DNA of 64,000 nucleotides from an uncultured Bacteriovoracaceae bacterium (lineage in GTDB: Bacteria > Desulfobacterota > Desulfomonilia > UBA1062), in contig CAYNVT010000004.1 in NCBI GenBank assembly GCA_964400685.1, positions 606-64,605 of the forward strand. Reading direction: 5' to 3'. A program made the position numbers and the translations under genes. Below the pieces are notes generated by a model. It saw only the letters and a list, made by a program, of their open reading frames with translations, was not told the origin of the DNA and did no database searches. Positions within the stretch are counted from its first letter, which is position 1, and each line of letters begins with the position of its first letter. Below, piece after piece: positions 52,155-62,498 of the stretch.

Positions 52155-52355
52155 CTAAAGATTCCTTCCGAAATAGACTATTGCGAGGCCAGACAGCGCG
52201 CAAAGGATACCTGTTATCTGTATCCATAAATCAGGTATCTTTTCAATGTGTCTGGCCGCCAGTTTCAACCCTCTTGGAAAGAGCATATATGGAATGGCCT
52301 CGATTATAAAAACCATGCCGATGACACACAGAAAATATTGAAGATCGAATTTCAT
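52155..52355 (-). CDS. Small membrane protein, DUF2065-like
   Basis: Two TM helices, ~66 aa from Met MKFDLQYF; ORF opens at 52388. Confidence 0.4.
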   Translation of the reverse strand: MKFDLQYFLCVIGMVFIIEAIPYMLFPRGLKLAARHIEKIPDLWIQITGILCALSGLAIVYFGRNL

Positions 52356-52368
52356 GAAAAAAACCCTA

Positions 52369-53385
52369 TCATGAATGTGATGCCTCAATCAAACCGTCAT
52401 CAATGACGGCGGCACTTATTTGTTTATCAAGGGATTCAGGAGATTCACCCCATGAAGCGGTGTTTCCTTCAGTACCCCGGGCCTTTGTGTACCTGAGGCA
52501 TATAGATGCAGCCAGTTCAAGGTTTCTTTGATTTATGATTCCTCTTATAACACCGGTAGGTCCCGGCACATTGTTAACCTTCACAAATACATTTCCCGGG
52601 AATCTCAGCTTTTCTGCAAGCACATTCTCCTGTTCGTCTCTGGGAACTATCATTACGGTATTGCTATCAAGCATGAATTTTCTTCCGACAACGTCCATTG
52701 CAAAATCCGCCCCTGCTGGCATTTCAGGGCTGAATCTTTCAATCGTCTGCCTTACTTTATCTGCAATCTGAACGTATGTAAGAAGGCAGCCGCCTGCAGG
52801 CGACGGGATTTCCTCTTTCAAAACACCGTAGGCAAGGGCAAGAGTTTCCTGTTTTTTTCTACCCCTGCCGGCTATATCAAGCATGTCTTCCTTGTTTATG
52901 ATGCCTTCTTTTTCAGGAACTGAATCAGGCATGTGCCGGGCGCAGAGCGGCCTCACAAGCAGCCCTTTCAATCCGGAATCCCTTTCTATGACATTCATCG
53001 CATCTTTTCTCTGCGACATGGGCCTCTGTCCGAGCACTTCGCCAGTTATGACAAAGGATGCTGAATATTTATCCAGAAGCCCTCGGGCCATTTTCAGCAT
53101 TCCGATTTTACAGTCTATACACGGATTCATATGCTTGCCGAATCCGTATTTAGGAGCTTTGAGAATCCTGATAAAATTATCCGTATAGTCTATTATCTCC
53201 GGCATAATACCGAATTTCCTGAAATGGTTCTTCTTGAATTCAGACGGGGACAGCAATGCGCTGAATCCGAAAAAAGGCGTGGCAAAATAAAGAGGGACAA
53301 CCTCTATCCCAAGCTCTCTCACCATTCTGATGCTTATTATGCTGTCAAGTCCGCCGGAATATAGCGCCAAGCAGCGCCTGTACAT
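52369..53385 (-). CDS. PP-loop ATP pyrophosphatase, ThiI/MnmA-like (putative tRNA thiolation enzyme)
   Basis: SGGLDS PP-loop; FVITGEVLGQRPMSQ matches ThiI TGE-LGQV-SQT segment; NPCIDCK Cys pair. Confidence 0.5.
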   Translation of the reverse strand: MYRRCLALYSGGLDSIISIRMVRELGIEVVPLYFATPFFGFSALLSPSEFKKNHFRKFGIMPEIIDYTDNFIRILKAPKYGFGKHMNPCIDCKIGMLKMARGLLDKYSASFVITGEVLGQRPMSQRKDAMNVIERDSGLKGLLVRPLCARHMPDSVPEKEGIINKEDMLDIAGRGRKKQETLALAYGVLKEEIPSPAGGCLLTYVQIADKVRQTIERFSPEMPAGADFAMDVVGRKFMLDSNTVMIVPRDEQENVLAEKLRFPGNVFVKVNNVPGPTGVIRGIINQRNLELAASICLRYTKARGTEGNTASWGESPESLDKQISAAVIDDGLIEASHS

Positions 53386-53467
53386 AGATGAACCCCTTCT
53401 CTTCTGTCATCGGTATTCATGGACATAAAAAAGATCCATACCGTGTTTGCGGTATGGATCCGGAATC

Positions 53468-53544
53468 TGGCGGGAGCGACGGGACTCGAACCCGCGACCT
53501 TCGGCGTGACAGGCCGACGTTATAACCAACTTAACTACGCCCCC
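53468..53544 (-). tRNA. tRNA-Asp (anticodon GTC)
   Basis: Cloverleaf read on minus strand: GGGGGCGTAGTTAAGTTGGTTATAACGTCGGCCTGTCACGCCGAAGGTCGCGGGTTCGAGTCCCGTCGCTCCCGCCA, 77 nt, CCA encoded. Confidence 0.85.
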
Positions 53545-53565
53545 GCGTATCTATATCTATTTTAC

Positions 53566-53640
53566 TGGTAGGCGGAACAGGGTTTGAACCTGTGACCCTC
53601 GGCTTGTAAGGCCGATGCTCTCCCGCTGAGCTACCCGCCC
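53566..53640 (-). tRNA. tRNA-Val (anticodon TAC)
   Basis: Minus strand: GGGCGGGTAGCTCAGCGGGAGAGCATCGGCCTTACAAGCCGAGGGTCACAGGTTCAAACCCTGTTCCGCCTACCA, 75 nt. Confidence 0.85.
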
Positions 53641-53652
53641 AGAATCATAATG

Positions 53653-53931
53653 CTATTTCTTGTTGACAGCTTCCTTGAATGATTTCCCTGCCCTGAAGCG
53701 GGGAGATTTGGAAGCTTTGATCTTTATGACCTTTCTTGTCCTTGGATTTACGCCCTGACGCTCTGCTCTTTTTACAACTTCAAACGTGCCAAAGCCAACC
53801 AGTGTTACTTTATTCCCTCTGGCAAGGGATTCAGTGATCGCCTCTGTAGCTGCATTTATCGCTTTTTCCGCCGCAGCCTTGGGCAACCCGGATTTCCCTG
53901 CAACGACCGCTATCAATTCAGTTTTAGTCAA
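53653..53931 (-). CDS. hup: DNA-binding protein HU
   Basis: MTKTELIAVVA..., GFGTFEV, RNPRT-like arm (GVNPRTRK). Confidence 0.92.
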   Translation of the reverse strand: MTKTELIAVVAGKSGLPKAAAEKAINAATEAITESLARGNKVTLVGFGTFEVVKRAERQGVNPRTRKVIKIKASKSPRFRAGKSFKEAVNKK

Positions 53932-54087
53932 GGCATACCTCCTGTGGAAATTATGTTTTTTATTATTGCTTTCACCCGCGTCAGTACCTAACAGCTATTG
54001 CAGGTGGTGTCAATACCTTAAATGCTCTGTTTATCACATTTTACAGGCAAAATGATTTAATATTGTTTTGCCCGGTCTATGCAACTC

Positions 54088-55341
54088 TTATGCCTGTTTG
54101 GTGCTTCTCTCAAAAACTATTAAAGGCTGTATACCTTTTAATATAACTTCCTGCGATATGTGGCATTCTTTAACACCATTCATATCGGGAATATCGTACA
54201 TTATGTTCAGCATTACGCTTTCCATGATAGATCTCAGGCCTCTTGCGCCCGACTTGCGTTTCATCGCCTGTTCAGCGATAGTCTTAAGTGCATCTTTGCT
54301 GAAAGTAAGCTCGACACCCTCCATTTTCATCAGCGCCTGATATTGTTTCACCAGTGCGCTTTTCGGTTCGGTAAGTATGGCGATCAGCGCTTCCTGGTCA
54401 AGCTCGTGGAGAGTGGAGATAACCGGCACCCTTCCTACAAATTCAGGAATCATTCCGAATTTGATAAGGTCTTCAGGCTGTATATTCTTTAAAATGTCGC
54501 CGATATTTTTATCTTTCTTGCCCTTGATCTCGGCTACGAAACCGATTGTCTTCTGGTCCATCCGCTGTGATATAATCTTATCGAGCCCTATAAAGGCGCC
54601 GCCGCATATGAACAGAATGTTCGAGGTATCAACCCTTATGAATTCCTGCTGTGGATGTTTTCTGCCGCCTTTCGGGGGAATTGATGCGAGCGTTCCCTCA
54701 ATTAGCTTTAAAAGGGCCTGCTGGACTCCCTCACCGGACACATCGCGCGTAATGGAAGGGTTGTCGCTTTTTGAAGCGATCTTGTCTATTTCATCTATAT
54801 AGACAATTCCCCTCTGTGCACGGTCTATATCGTAATCGGCGTTCTGAAGAAGATTGACGATGATATTCTCGACATCTTCTCCGACATAGCCTGCCTCAGT
54901 CAATGTCGTGGCGTCAGCTATGGTAAAAGGAACGTCAAGTATTTTCGCGAGTGTCTGAGCAAGAAGCGTTTTGCCCGAGCCGGTCGGGCCTATCAGCATT
55001 ATGTTGCTCTTGTTGATCTCGATTCCGCCGATATTCGTCCCTGCTTCGATCCGTTTGTAATGGTTATATACGGCAACAGAAAGTATTTTTTTTGCAGACT
55101 CCTGGCCTATCACATATTCATCAAGCACGTTCTTTATTTCGGAAGGTTTCGGAATCTGGGATGAGGATGAAAAATGTGTGTAATCACCCTCCTCTTCAGT
55201 CAGTATCTCGTTGCACAGAGATATGCACTCATCACAGATATAGACATCAGGGCCTGCAATCAGCTTCCTGACTTCTTCCTGTGACTTGCCGCAGAAAGAG
55301 CACCTCAGGCCCGGCCTGAAATGGTCATTTATCTTTGGCAT
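54088..55341 (-). CDS. clpX: ATP-dependent Clp protease ATP-binding subunit ClpX
   Basis: Zinc finger CSFCGKS...CDEC, Walker A GPTGSGKT, full length 417 aa. Confidence 0.95.
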   Translation of the reverse strand: MPKINDHFRPGLRCSFCGKSQEEVRKLIAGPDVYICDECISLCNEILTEEEGDYTHFSSSSQIPKPSEIKNVLDEYVIGQESAKKILSVAVYNHYKRIEAGTNIGGIEINKSNIMLIGPTGSGKTLLAQTLAKILDVPFTIADATTLTEAGYVGEDVENIIVNLLQNADYDIDRAQRGIVYIDEIDKIASKSDNPSITRDVSGEGVQQALLKLIEGTLASIPPKGGRKHPQQEFIRVDTSNILFICGGAFIGLDKIISQRMDQKTIGFVAEIKGKKDKNIGDILKNIQPEDLIKFGMIPEFVGRVPVISTLHELDQEALIAILTEPKSALVKQYQALMKMEGVELTFSKDALKTIAEQAMKRKSGARGLRSIMESVMLNIMYDIPDMNGVKECHISQEVILKGIQPLIVFERSTKQA

Positions 55342-55945
55342 CCGCCTTGCCTCCTTCTCCCTTCAGTTGTCTCTTGGCAATTACGCTGTCCAGTATACCA
55401 TAATCTTTGGCATCCTGGGGAGTCATGAAATAATCCCGGTCCGTATCCAGTATAACTTTTTCAATCGCCTGTCCTGTATGATGTGAGATTATGCTGTTCA
55501 ACTCGTCTTTCATCCGCTGCATCTCTTTGGCTTGAATAGCGACATCAGTTACCTGCCCCTGTACTCCGCCCAGCGGCTGGTGAATCAGAATGCGCGAATG
55601 AGGCAGGGCATACCTCATGCCCGGCTCGCCTGCTGCCAGCAGCACCGCCGCCATGGATGCGGCCTGGCCTATGCAGATCGTTGACACTTTGGACTTTATG
55701 AACTGCATGGTGTCATAGACTGCCATACCGGCTGTTACCGAACCACCCGGCGAATTGATATAGAAGTAAATGTCTTTGTCCGGGTCTTCCGACTCCAGAA
55801 AAAGCAGTTGTGCAACCAGCAAGTTTGCTATGTCATCGTTTATCTCGCTTCCCAGAAGAACAATCCTGTCCTTCAAAAGCCTCGAGTATATATCGTATGA
55901 CCTTTCTCCCCTGTTAGTCTGTTCCACTACTATCGGAACCAGCAT
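55325..55945 (-). CDS. clpP: ATP-dependent Clp protease proteolytic subunit ClpP
   Basis: [23 protein letters not shown], catalytic Ser in [11 protein letters not shown] opens at 55966, start uncertain because it overlaps tig 3' end. Confidence 0.9.
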   Translation of the reverse strand: MLVPIVVEQTNRGERSYDIYSRLLKDRIVLLGSEINDDIANLLVAQLLFLESEDPDKDIYFYINSPGGSVTAGMAVYDTMQFIKSKVSTICIGQAASMAAVLLAAGEPGMRYALPHSRILIHQPLGGVQGQVTDVAIQAKEMQRMKDELNSIISHHTGQAIEKVILDTDRDYFMTPQDAKDYGILDSVIAKRQLKGEGGKADAKDK

Positions 55946-57248
55946 CACCTTCTCCTTCTGCCGCATCTGCAGTATCTTCCGTTACATTCGAATTTTCGAT
56001 AACGTAGTCGAATACCTTTCCCTCAAGGAGCTGGAATCTGATCTCATCGAGCCTGCCGCTTTCTTCGAGACCTTTTCTTATATCCTCGAGAGGCATATTG
56101 TATGTATTCGCCATCTCCTGTAGTTCTTTATCGACATCCTCTTCGTCAACCTTTATATCAAGTTTTTTCGCAATGGCTTCAACAAGAAGCGACTGCTTCA
56201 AAATCTGCTCGGCTGACGATAGGGTCTCCTCTCTCAGGGCATTTGTATCAGGATAGACATCCTGAAGCTTCACACCCTGGGATGCAAATCTTTTCGCCAT
56301 TCCCTGAACCATCATTGTTGCCTGAAGTTTGATCATGGATTCGGGCACTTCGACATTATTCTCCTCGACAAGCTTTGCGGCGACCCTTGAATAAACTATG
56401 CCCTTCAGCTTTTCGGCCGCCCTTTTCTCAAGCTCGGTCTTAATCATTTTTCTAAGGTCTTCCACGGTCTGCGTATCTTCCCTTACCTTTTTCGCGAATT
56501 CGTCATTAAGTTCAGGCAGTGTTCTGTGCTTTATGGAAACGACCTTCAGGGTAAGCTTTACATCCTTTCCCCTCAGCTCTTCTATATAATGATCATCCGT
56601 CATGGTCGTTTCGTATGTCTTTTCCTCGCCGGTCTTCATGCCTAGAACCATATCCTGTGCACCCGGAACAAAGCTCCTGTTCCCGGCATCGACAGTGACC
56701 TTTGTCCAGTTGAGCTTTTCATGGTCTGTTGATGAGATGTCGGATATTACATAGTCGCCCTTTTTGACTTCATAATTCTCATCAGTGACATCATCCATTG
56801 TCGAGTATGATTCCCTGAGCGATGTTATGGCCGTATCCACATCCTCATCCTTCACTTCGAAAACAGGTTTTTTCAGATCGAATCCAGTATATTTTTCAGG
56901 GTTGATCTCGGGTTTGACGTCGAATTTTGCGGTGAAAGTGAAGTCTTCGTCATCTTTAGGATCTTCGTTATCGATCTCCGGCATGGATACGACAAACAGT
57001 TCCTGCTCCCTGACGGCATTGTCATAGTTTTCAGAGACAAGCTTCTTTGTGAGTTCGCCTTTTATATAGCTGCCATAATATGTATCAATAATATTCTTCG
57101 GGGCCTTGCCTTTTCGGAAACCCTTTATAACGACTTCCTGGGCGACTTCCCGGTAGATATCATTTTTTATTTTCTGAACCTCTTCCTTCGGGACCGTTAC
57201 GGTCATTTCTTTCTTGGTGCCGGTAATATCCTTAATTTCTACTTTCAT
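55914..57248 (-). CDS. tig: Trigger factor
   Basis: [20 protein letters not shown] canonical TF N-terminus, PPIase middle, acidic C-terminus; RBS favours Met at 57248. Confidence 0.92.
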   Translation of the reverse strand: MKVEIKDITGTKKEMTVTVPKEEVQKIKNDIYREVAQEVVIKGFRKGKAPKNIIDTYYGSYIKGELTKKLVSENYDNAVREQELFVVSMPEIDNEDPKDDEDFTFTAKFDVKPEINPEKYTGFDLKKPVFEVKDEDVDTAITSLRESYSTMDDVTDENYEVKKGDYVISDISSTDHEKLNWTKVTVDAGNRSFVPGAQDMVLGMKTGEEKTYETTMTDDHYIEELRGKDVKLTLKVVSIKHRTLPELNDEFAKKVREDTQTVEDLRKMIKTELEKRAAEKLKGIVYSRVAAKLVEENNVEVPESMIKLQATMMVQGMAKRFASQGVKLQDVYPDTNALREETLSSAEQILKQSLLVEAIAKKLDIKVDEEDVDKELQEMANTYNMPLEDIRKGLEESGRLDEIRFQLLEGKVFDYVIENSNVTEDTADAAEGEGDAGSDSSGTD

Positions 57249-57356
57249 TTTGCATCCTTTCAACTTTTTCTTTTCAAACTTATGAAGATTAACACCTACT
57301 ATTTACATTTGCTGACAAGGTCAAGGTTTTTTCGGTAACCGCTCTAAAATTTGAAA

Positions 57357-58100
57357 TCATTTTTCCGGGAACAATAAAGTTGAAAATATATCTCGTGTTT
57401 CTTCTGTGTAATTCTTATCTTTGATATAAATATAAAATGTTTTTTCTATATGCAATTCAGCTCCCGCCCCTTTGATCCCCTTAACCAGAAACAGGCTTGC
57501 GCGGCTTTGGGGATGCGAGTGAATCATGATTATTTTCTTGGGTTCGATATTGTTTTTGCGCATCGTGCAGATCATGTCGGGCATTCGCCAGGCAGGATAT
57601 ATCGCATAAAACCTCCCGCCGTCATTTATCATCCTGCCTGCGCAGAAAAGCATCTGTTCGAGCGTGAGCTTTATCTCGTGCCTTGCCAGGGCCTTTTCAC
57701 TGTGCGGATTAATCCTGCCGCTTCCCACAGGCCTGTAAGGCGGGTTGACGACAACCGCATCATACGGCCCGCCTGAATGTTCTTTTATATCTCCACATAT
57801 GATTTTCACCTTTTTCTCAAGCCCGTTCATGGCAACCGTACGCTTCGACATCCCTGCTAGCGCAGGCTGTATCTCGATGCCGGTCATGCAAAGTTTCTTT
57901 ACTCCTGCCAGCAGAATCGAAACAACACCCGAGCCGGAACCTATTTCAACTGCAGACGCCCCCTCGGGTTCATCAACGAATGCTGCAAGCAGATATGAAT
58001 CGATGGAAAAGCGGTAGCCTTTTTTCTTCTGGATTATAAAAAGGCCGCCGGTTGTGAGTTTTCCGGCGGTCTCGTCTTGCAGGACTTCAGGGTTTTGCAT
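57357..58100 (-). CDS. tRNA1(Val) (adenine37-N6)-methyltransferase-like (TrmN6/YfiC family)
   Basis: SAM motif VEIGSGSGVVS, N6-MTase motif VVNPPY; ORF opens at 58151 but overlaps ndk, later Met preferred. Confidence 0.7.
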   Translation of the reverse strand: MQNPEVLQDETAGKLTTGGLFIIQKKKGYRFSIDSYLLAAFVDEPEGASAVEIGSGSGVVSILLAGVKKLCMTGIEIQPALAGMSKRTVAMNGLEKKVKIICGDIKEHSGGPYDAVVVNPPYRPVGSGRINPHSEKALARHEIKLTLEQMLFCAGRMINDGGRFYAIYPAWRMPDMICTMRKNNIEPKKIIMIHSHPQSRASLFLVKGIKGAGAELHIEKTFYIYIKDKNYTEETRDIFSTLLFPEK

Positions 58101-58551
58101 CGATAAAGATAACTTCATCCAGCTTTCTGTTATAAGAAAATATTTCGGCATCCATGAAAAACCGCTTCAGCTCAGTCTCCGCAGACTCGATGCTGTCCGA
58201 TGCGTGCACCAGGTTGGAACGGATACTCATGGACATGTCTCCCCTGATTGTCCCGGGGGAGGCCTCCCTTGCATTGGTCACTCCGCACATCGCCCTTGTT
58301 ATCCTTACAGAATCTATGCCCTCAATGCATACGGCTATTATAGGGGCCGACATCATGAAATCGGCTATTCTTGGAAAATAAGGCTTGTCTTTCAGGTGCC
58401 CATAGTGCTCCTCGATCATGGGCATATCGAGCCTCATCATCTTCATTCCGGATATCTTGAGGCCCTTGTCCTCAAACCTGGAGATGATCTTTCCTATAAG
58501 ACCTCTTTCAACTGCATCGGGCTTTATAAGCAGGAGAGTCTTTTCCATCAT
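58087..58551 (-). CDS. ndk: Nucleoside diphosphate kinase
   Basis: LLLIKPDAVERGLIG, catalytic His in NLVHASDS; 154 aa. Confidence 0.9.
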   Translation of the reverse strand: MMEKTLLLIKPDAVERGLIGKIISRFEDKGLKISGMKMMRLDMPMIEEHYGHLKDKPYFPRIADFMMSAPIIAVCIEGIDSVRITRAMCGVTNAREASPGTIRGDMSMSIRSNLVHASDSIESAETELKRFFMDAEIFSYNRKLDEVIFIDAKP

Positions 58552-59297
58552 GCCTCACTTGTATTCTTGACTTCCTTGTTGATGAGGTATTTCGCGACAA
58601 TGGATTCAAAAGGGGTTTTCCCTGGCTTGTCCTTGCTGAGGCTGGCAAGCGACTCATAATCGCTCTTCCATACGATATCTCCCGGTGCGATGAAACAAAG
58701 GCTGCCCGGTTCATAGGTAAGGAAAAGCCTGCCGTTTTTGAAATAGTAATGCTCCTTGCTGACTATTACCGGATATGGCTGCATAAGGGGCGGGATATCA
58801 TTCGGCTTGAACCATAGCTTTATCTCCCTTTCGGCATCTTCCTTGTTTGCGGAGGCGTGTATCAGGTTATCCATCCTGTCGCTGATTATGTTTCCCGCAG
58901 CATCTTTTATAGGCACTATGGTCCCCAGCGACCTTATGCATCCTGGCCTTTCGTCGCGGGCTATATGTGGATTGGTGTTTCCCGCAATCTTCCTTATCTT
59001 GAGGATAGCATCTTCACCCTGGTACACAAACGCCATGACCCTTCGTTTCCACTGGTCTTCGGGATAGTGTATCTGCCCGGTTATATACTCAAGCAGCGAA
59101 GGAAAGAACGCCTTTCCCTTGTGCTCGGCATAATGTTCTTCCGCAAGCATCCTGTTGACGCTTACTATCTTGGTTGCGGCAAATCTCAGGCCCGTATGGA
59201 ATTCCGAAAGCATTGAAAGGATATAACCTGTCAGTGAATTTTTCATGGCATCAGGCTTTATGAGCACCAGTGTCTGTTCGAGGTCTTTAAGTGGCAT
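58548..59297 (-). CDS. Divergent NDK-domain protein with ~90 aa C-terminal extension
   Basis: LVLIKPDAMKNSLTG and NLIHASAN (His kept, SD->AN), insertions in Kpn loop region, unique C-terminal domain; 4-nt overlap with ndk. Confidence 0.6.
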   Translation of the reverse strand: MPLKDLEQTLVLIKPDAMKNSLTGYILSMLSEFHTGLRFAATKIVSVNRMLAEEHYAEHKGKAFFPSLLEYITGQIHYPEDQWKRRVMAFVYQGEDAILKIRKIAGNTNPHIARDERPGCIRSLGTIVPIKDAAGNIISDRMDNLIHASANKEDAEREIKLWFKPNDIPPLMQPYPVIVSKEHYYFKNGRLFLTYEPGSLCFIAPGDIVWKSDYESLASLSKDKPGKTPFESIVAKYLINKEVKNTSEA

Positions 59298-59386
59298 GCG
59301 GCTCTCCTTGATTGTTGGTTTTTTATTTCTTTTCCCGCACTTATATGCAGAATGCGTCTTATGTCAAGAAGCCATATCCTGATAAT

Positions 59387-59971
59387 CTAATATGGCCTCT
59401 CAACTTCCCCGTTGGTTGAAACCCTGTCGCCCTGCCATACGCCGCGGTATGGGACTGCAACTCCGTCTATTGGCATGAAGGCTATGCATAAAATCCTGAA
59501 GCCCATCTGGATATCCACATCGAAATGGCCCTGATGCTTCATGCCGACAGTGAGCTTCCCCTGATAATTGGGCGAAATAAACGCCGTTTCAAGAGGTATG
59601 CCGGAGCGTATCATGGTTGTGCGGGGCCTTATGTATGCAAAAAGCCAGGCAGGTAGATTGACCTGCTCTATTGTCTGGAACAGAAGGTAGTCTCCCGGAC
59701 AGATCGTAAATACTCCGTCGGGTGAATCATTGATGTCCATGAGCTTCTCTATTTCAGGCGTGACTCTTGATCCGCGCATCAGCTTTGCGCCTCCGGACGG
59801 TTTAAATACCGCACCCAGCCTCAGATCCAGTGTCGTGCCTTCAATGCCTTCGGTCTGATCCGCAGCAAGATTTTCAACAAGAGGTTTAAAAATCATTTTA
59901 CCGGTTTCATGATCTTCAACCTCGACCCCGTTTTTCACCAGGTCAAGTATCCTGTCAGCACCGAGGACCAT
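59387..59971 (-). CDS. dCTP deaminase/dUTPase-superfamily protein (Dcd-like)
   Basis: Colinear with Dcd: LDLRLG, ICPGDYLLFQTIEQVNLP, tail PYRG; 194 aa. Confidence 0.65.
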   Translation of the reverse strand: MVLGADRILDLVKNGVEVEDHETGKMIFKPLVENLAADQTEGIEGTTLDLRLGAVFKPSGGAKLMRGSRVTPEIEKLMDINDSPDGVFTICPGDYLLFQTIEQVNLPAWLFAYIRPRTTMIRSGIPLETAFISPNYQGKLTVGMKHQGHFDVDIQMGFRILCIAFMPIDGVAVPYRGVWQGDRVSTNGEVERPY

Positions 59972-60501
59972 TACACCCTTCTCCTTGATGTGGCGGGTTT
60001 CAGGAATTCCGCTGCATATTCAATCTTGTCCGCGCTTATGACAAGCCTCTCGACCGTCGTATTGCTGGAGGCAAGAACCTCTTTCCAGTATTTGTCTCTT
60101 TCAGGTATCGGCGATTCGTAGGCATGCTCATAAACGACTCGGCTTATGCCGGACATGACGATCAGTTTTGCGCAGGTAATGCACGGCTCCAGCGTACAGT
60201 AGATCGTGGAGCCTTCGAGCGAAACGCCTTTTTTGGCACCGAGCGCTATGGCATTGGCCTCTGCGTGCGCAGAGCGGCACATGTCGTATTTGGTTGCCTC
60301 GGGCCACTCTACCGACCTTCTGAAGCAGATACCGTCGTCTACGCAGTGCCCCTGTCCCGGTAATGCGCCATTGTATCCGGTTGCCAGAATCTGCCTGTCC
60401 TTTACTATTACCGAGCCTGTAGGCCGCGAAACGCATGTGGAGCGCGAAGCGGCAAGTTTGGCAAGCATCATGAAATATTCGTCCCAAGTGGGTCTCTTCA
60501 C
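59971..60501 (-). CDS. dCMP deaminase (ComEB-like cytidine/deoxycytidylate deaminase)
   Basis: HAEANAI and PCITCAKL zinc motifs; start at GTG 60501 preceded by AGGAGA (ORF opens at 60588 without RBS). Confidence 0.8.
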   Translation of the reverse strand: MKRPTWDEYFMMLAKLAASRSTCVSRPTGSVIVKDRQILATGYNGALPGQGHCVDDGICFRRSVEWPEATKYDMCRSAHAEANAIALGAKKGVSLEGSTIYCTLEPCITCAKLIVMSGISRVVYEHAYESPIPERDKYWKEVLASSNTTVERLVISADKIEYAAEFLKPATSRRRV

Positions 60502-60664
60502 TTCAGGTTCTCCTGAAAAGTATATTTTTCCCCGGAATTGTGATATGCAGAAAACATCGCTGGCTGCCGTTCCGGAATAGAATTTCAATAACTTTATCAG
60601 AACTAAATATCAAAGCAAGGTTTAGGTTTTGTTTTCTTTGAAAAATTTTATTTTGTTATCCGGC

Positions 60665-60678
60665 TTGACCCAGGTCAA
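60665..60678. promoter_or_regulatory. FNR/CRP-family (HcpR-type) palindrome TTGAC-N4-GTCAA upstream of hcp
   Basis: TTGACCCAGGTCAA ~130 nt upstream of hcp start. Confidence 0.4.
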
Positions 60679-60806
60679 ACCTGTCATGATTCTTTCATGT
60701 TATTTCATGGCAATAATAAATGAAGGAGTGAAAGATGACCAACTCATAAAAACGCCTAAACCATAAACCGGACTTCAAATGTAAAATATCAGACAAGGAG
60801 GAATAT

Positions 60807-62432
60807 ATGTTCTGTAACCAGTGTGAACAAACGGCAAAAGGGACCGGATGCAATATATCCGGAGTATGCGGGAAAAAACCTGAAGTCTCAGACCTCATGG
60901 ACAACCTTATTTCCGGCTTGAAAGGTTTGTCGGTTTACGCGAACCTTCTGAGGCAAAAGACAGGCATCGTTGATGATCTGGTCAACAGGTACACGGTCGA
61001 AGCCCTTTTCAGCACCATAACCAACGTCAATTTCGATCCAGAAAGACTCGTTAAACTGTTGAAAGACTGCAAGACTCTGATAGTATCCACAAAGGGCCTC
61101 TGTGATAATGAAGGCGTAAAAGTCCCTCAGAATGAATTCACAGACTGGACCCCCGGCAATGATATGGCTGAAATGATCGAGAAGGGTAATGCAAATGGAA
61201 TCGCCAGCTGGAATGCCGACCCGGATATACTCTCGGCAATAGAGGTGCTCCTTTTCGGAATAAAGGGAATCGCCGCCTATACAGACCATGCTTTCATACT
61301 CGGCAAAAAGGATGATGCGATATTCGGCTTCATCCATAAGGCCCTGGCAGCGATGACTGACAATTCGCTTACGCTGAATGACTACGTGGAGCTTATCCTT
61401 GAATGCGGCAAAATAAATATAAGGGCCATGGAAATTCTCAATATTGCACACAAAGAACATTTCGGAACGCCCGTTCCCACTCCGGTCAGCCTTGGAACAA
61501 GGGCCGGCAAGGCAATCCTTGTTTCAGGACATGACCTGCTTGACCTCGAATGTCTTCTCAAACAGACAGAAGGCAGGGGCATTTTCATATACACGCACGG
61601 CGAGATGCTTCCCGCGCACGCATATCCGGAGCTGAAAAAATATCCCCACCTGGCGGGCAATTACGGCAGCGCATGGCAGAACCAGCAGAAAGAATTCCCG
61701 GAATTCCCGGGTGCCATCCTCATGACGACCAACTGCATCCAGAAACCGGCGGAAAGCTATATGAACAATATCTTCACTACAGGCCTTGTGGCATGGCCTG
61801 GTGTAAAGCACGTCACAAGGAATGATTTCTCAGCAGTGATTAACCGCGCCCTTGAACTGCCGGGATTTTCCGAACAGCCGGGCAAGAATATCATGGTCGG
61901 TTTCGGCCATGACGCAGTTCTTGGAGTTGCGGATAAGGTCATAGAAGCGGTCAAGTCCGGCGGCATAAAGCACTTTTTCCTTGTAGGCGGCTGCGACGGG
62001 GCGAAGCCGGGACGTAACTACTATACGGAATTCGCTGAAAAGGTTCCTGATGACTGTGTGATACTTACGCTCGCCTGCGGGAAATACCGCTTCAACAAGC
62101 TGGAATTCGGCGATATCGGAGGCATTCCGAGGCTGCTTGACGTGGGCCAGTGCAATGACGCCTACTCTGCGGTCCAGATTGCAGCCGCACTGGCGGGCGC
62201 TTTCAAATGCGGCATTAACGACCTGCCCCTTTCATTCATCCTCTCATGGTATGAACAGAAAGCGGTTGCTATCCTTCTTTCGCTCTTTTATCTGGGTATT
62301 AAGAACATCAGACTGGGGCCGAGCCTTCCTGCATTCGTTTCTCCCAACGTGCTTAAATTCCTGGTGGAAAATTTCAATATAATGCCGGTTTCAACGCCGG
62401 ATGAGGACCTTAAGACCATCCTCGGGAAGTAA
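60807..62432 (+). CDS. hcp: Hybrid-cluster protein (hydroxylamine reductase)
   Basis: MFCNQCEQTAKGTGC N-terminal cubane cluster motif; full-length 541 aa; GGAGGA RBS. Confidence 0.95.
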   Translation: MFCNQCEQTAKGTGCNISGVCGKKPEVSDLMDNLISGLKGLSVYANLLRQKTGIVDDLVNRYTVEALFSTITNVNFDPERLVKLLKDCKTLIVSTKGLCDNEGVKVPQNEFTDWTPGNDMAEMIEKGNANGIASWNADPDILSAIEVLLFGIKGIAAYTDHAFILGKKDDAIFGFIHKALAAMTDNSLTLNDYVELILECGKINIRAMEILNIAHKEHFGTPVPTPVSLGTRAGKAILVSGHDLLDLECLLKQTEGRGIFIYTHGEMLPAHAYPELKKYPHLAGNYGSAWQNQQKEFPEFPGAILMTTNCIQKPAESYMNNIFTTGLVAWPGVKHVTRNDFSAVINRALELPGFSEQPGKNIMVGFGHDAVLGVADKVIEAVKSGGIKHFFLVGGCDGAKPGRNYYTEFAEKVPDDCVILTLACGKYRFNKLEFGDIGGIPRLLDVGQCNDAYSAVQIAAALAGAFKCGINDLPLSFILSWYEQKAVAILLSLFYLGIKNIRLGPSLPAFVSPNVLKFLVENFNIMPVSTPDEDLKTILGK

Positions 62433-62498
62433 CAAAGGCAAAAAAATAGTGCGGCCATGCCGCACTATTTTTTATCGCGTAATTAATTTCCTGCAGGT

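Noticed and set aside
55914-55966. 53-nt overlap of tig 3' end with the clpP ORF
   Set aside because: Most simply explained by clpP starting at the internal Met (55945) or having a short propeptide. Not treated as a novel feature.
60888-61460. 190-aa minus-strand ORF
   Set aside because: Antisense to hcp.
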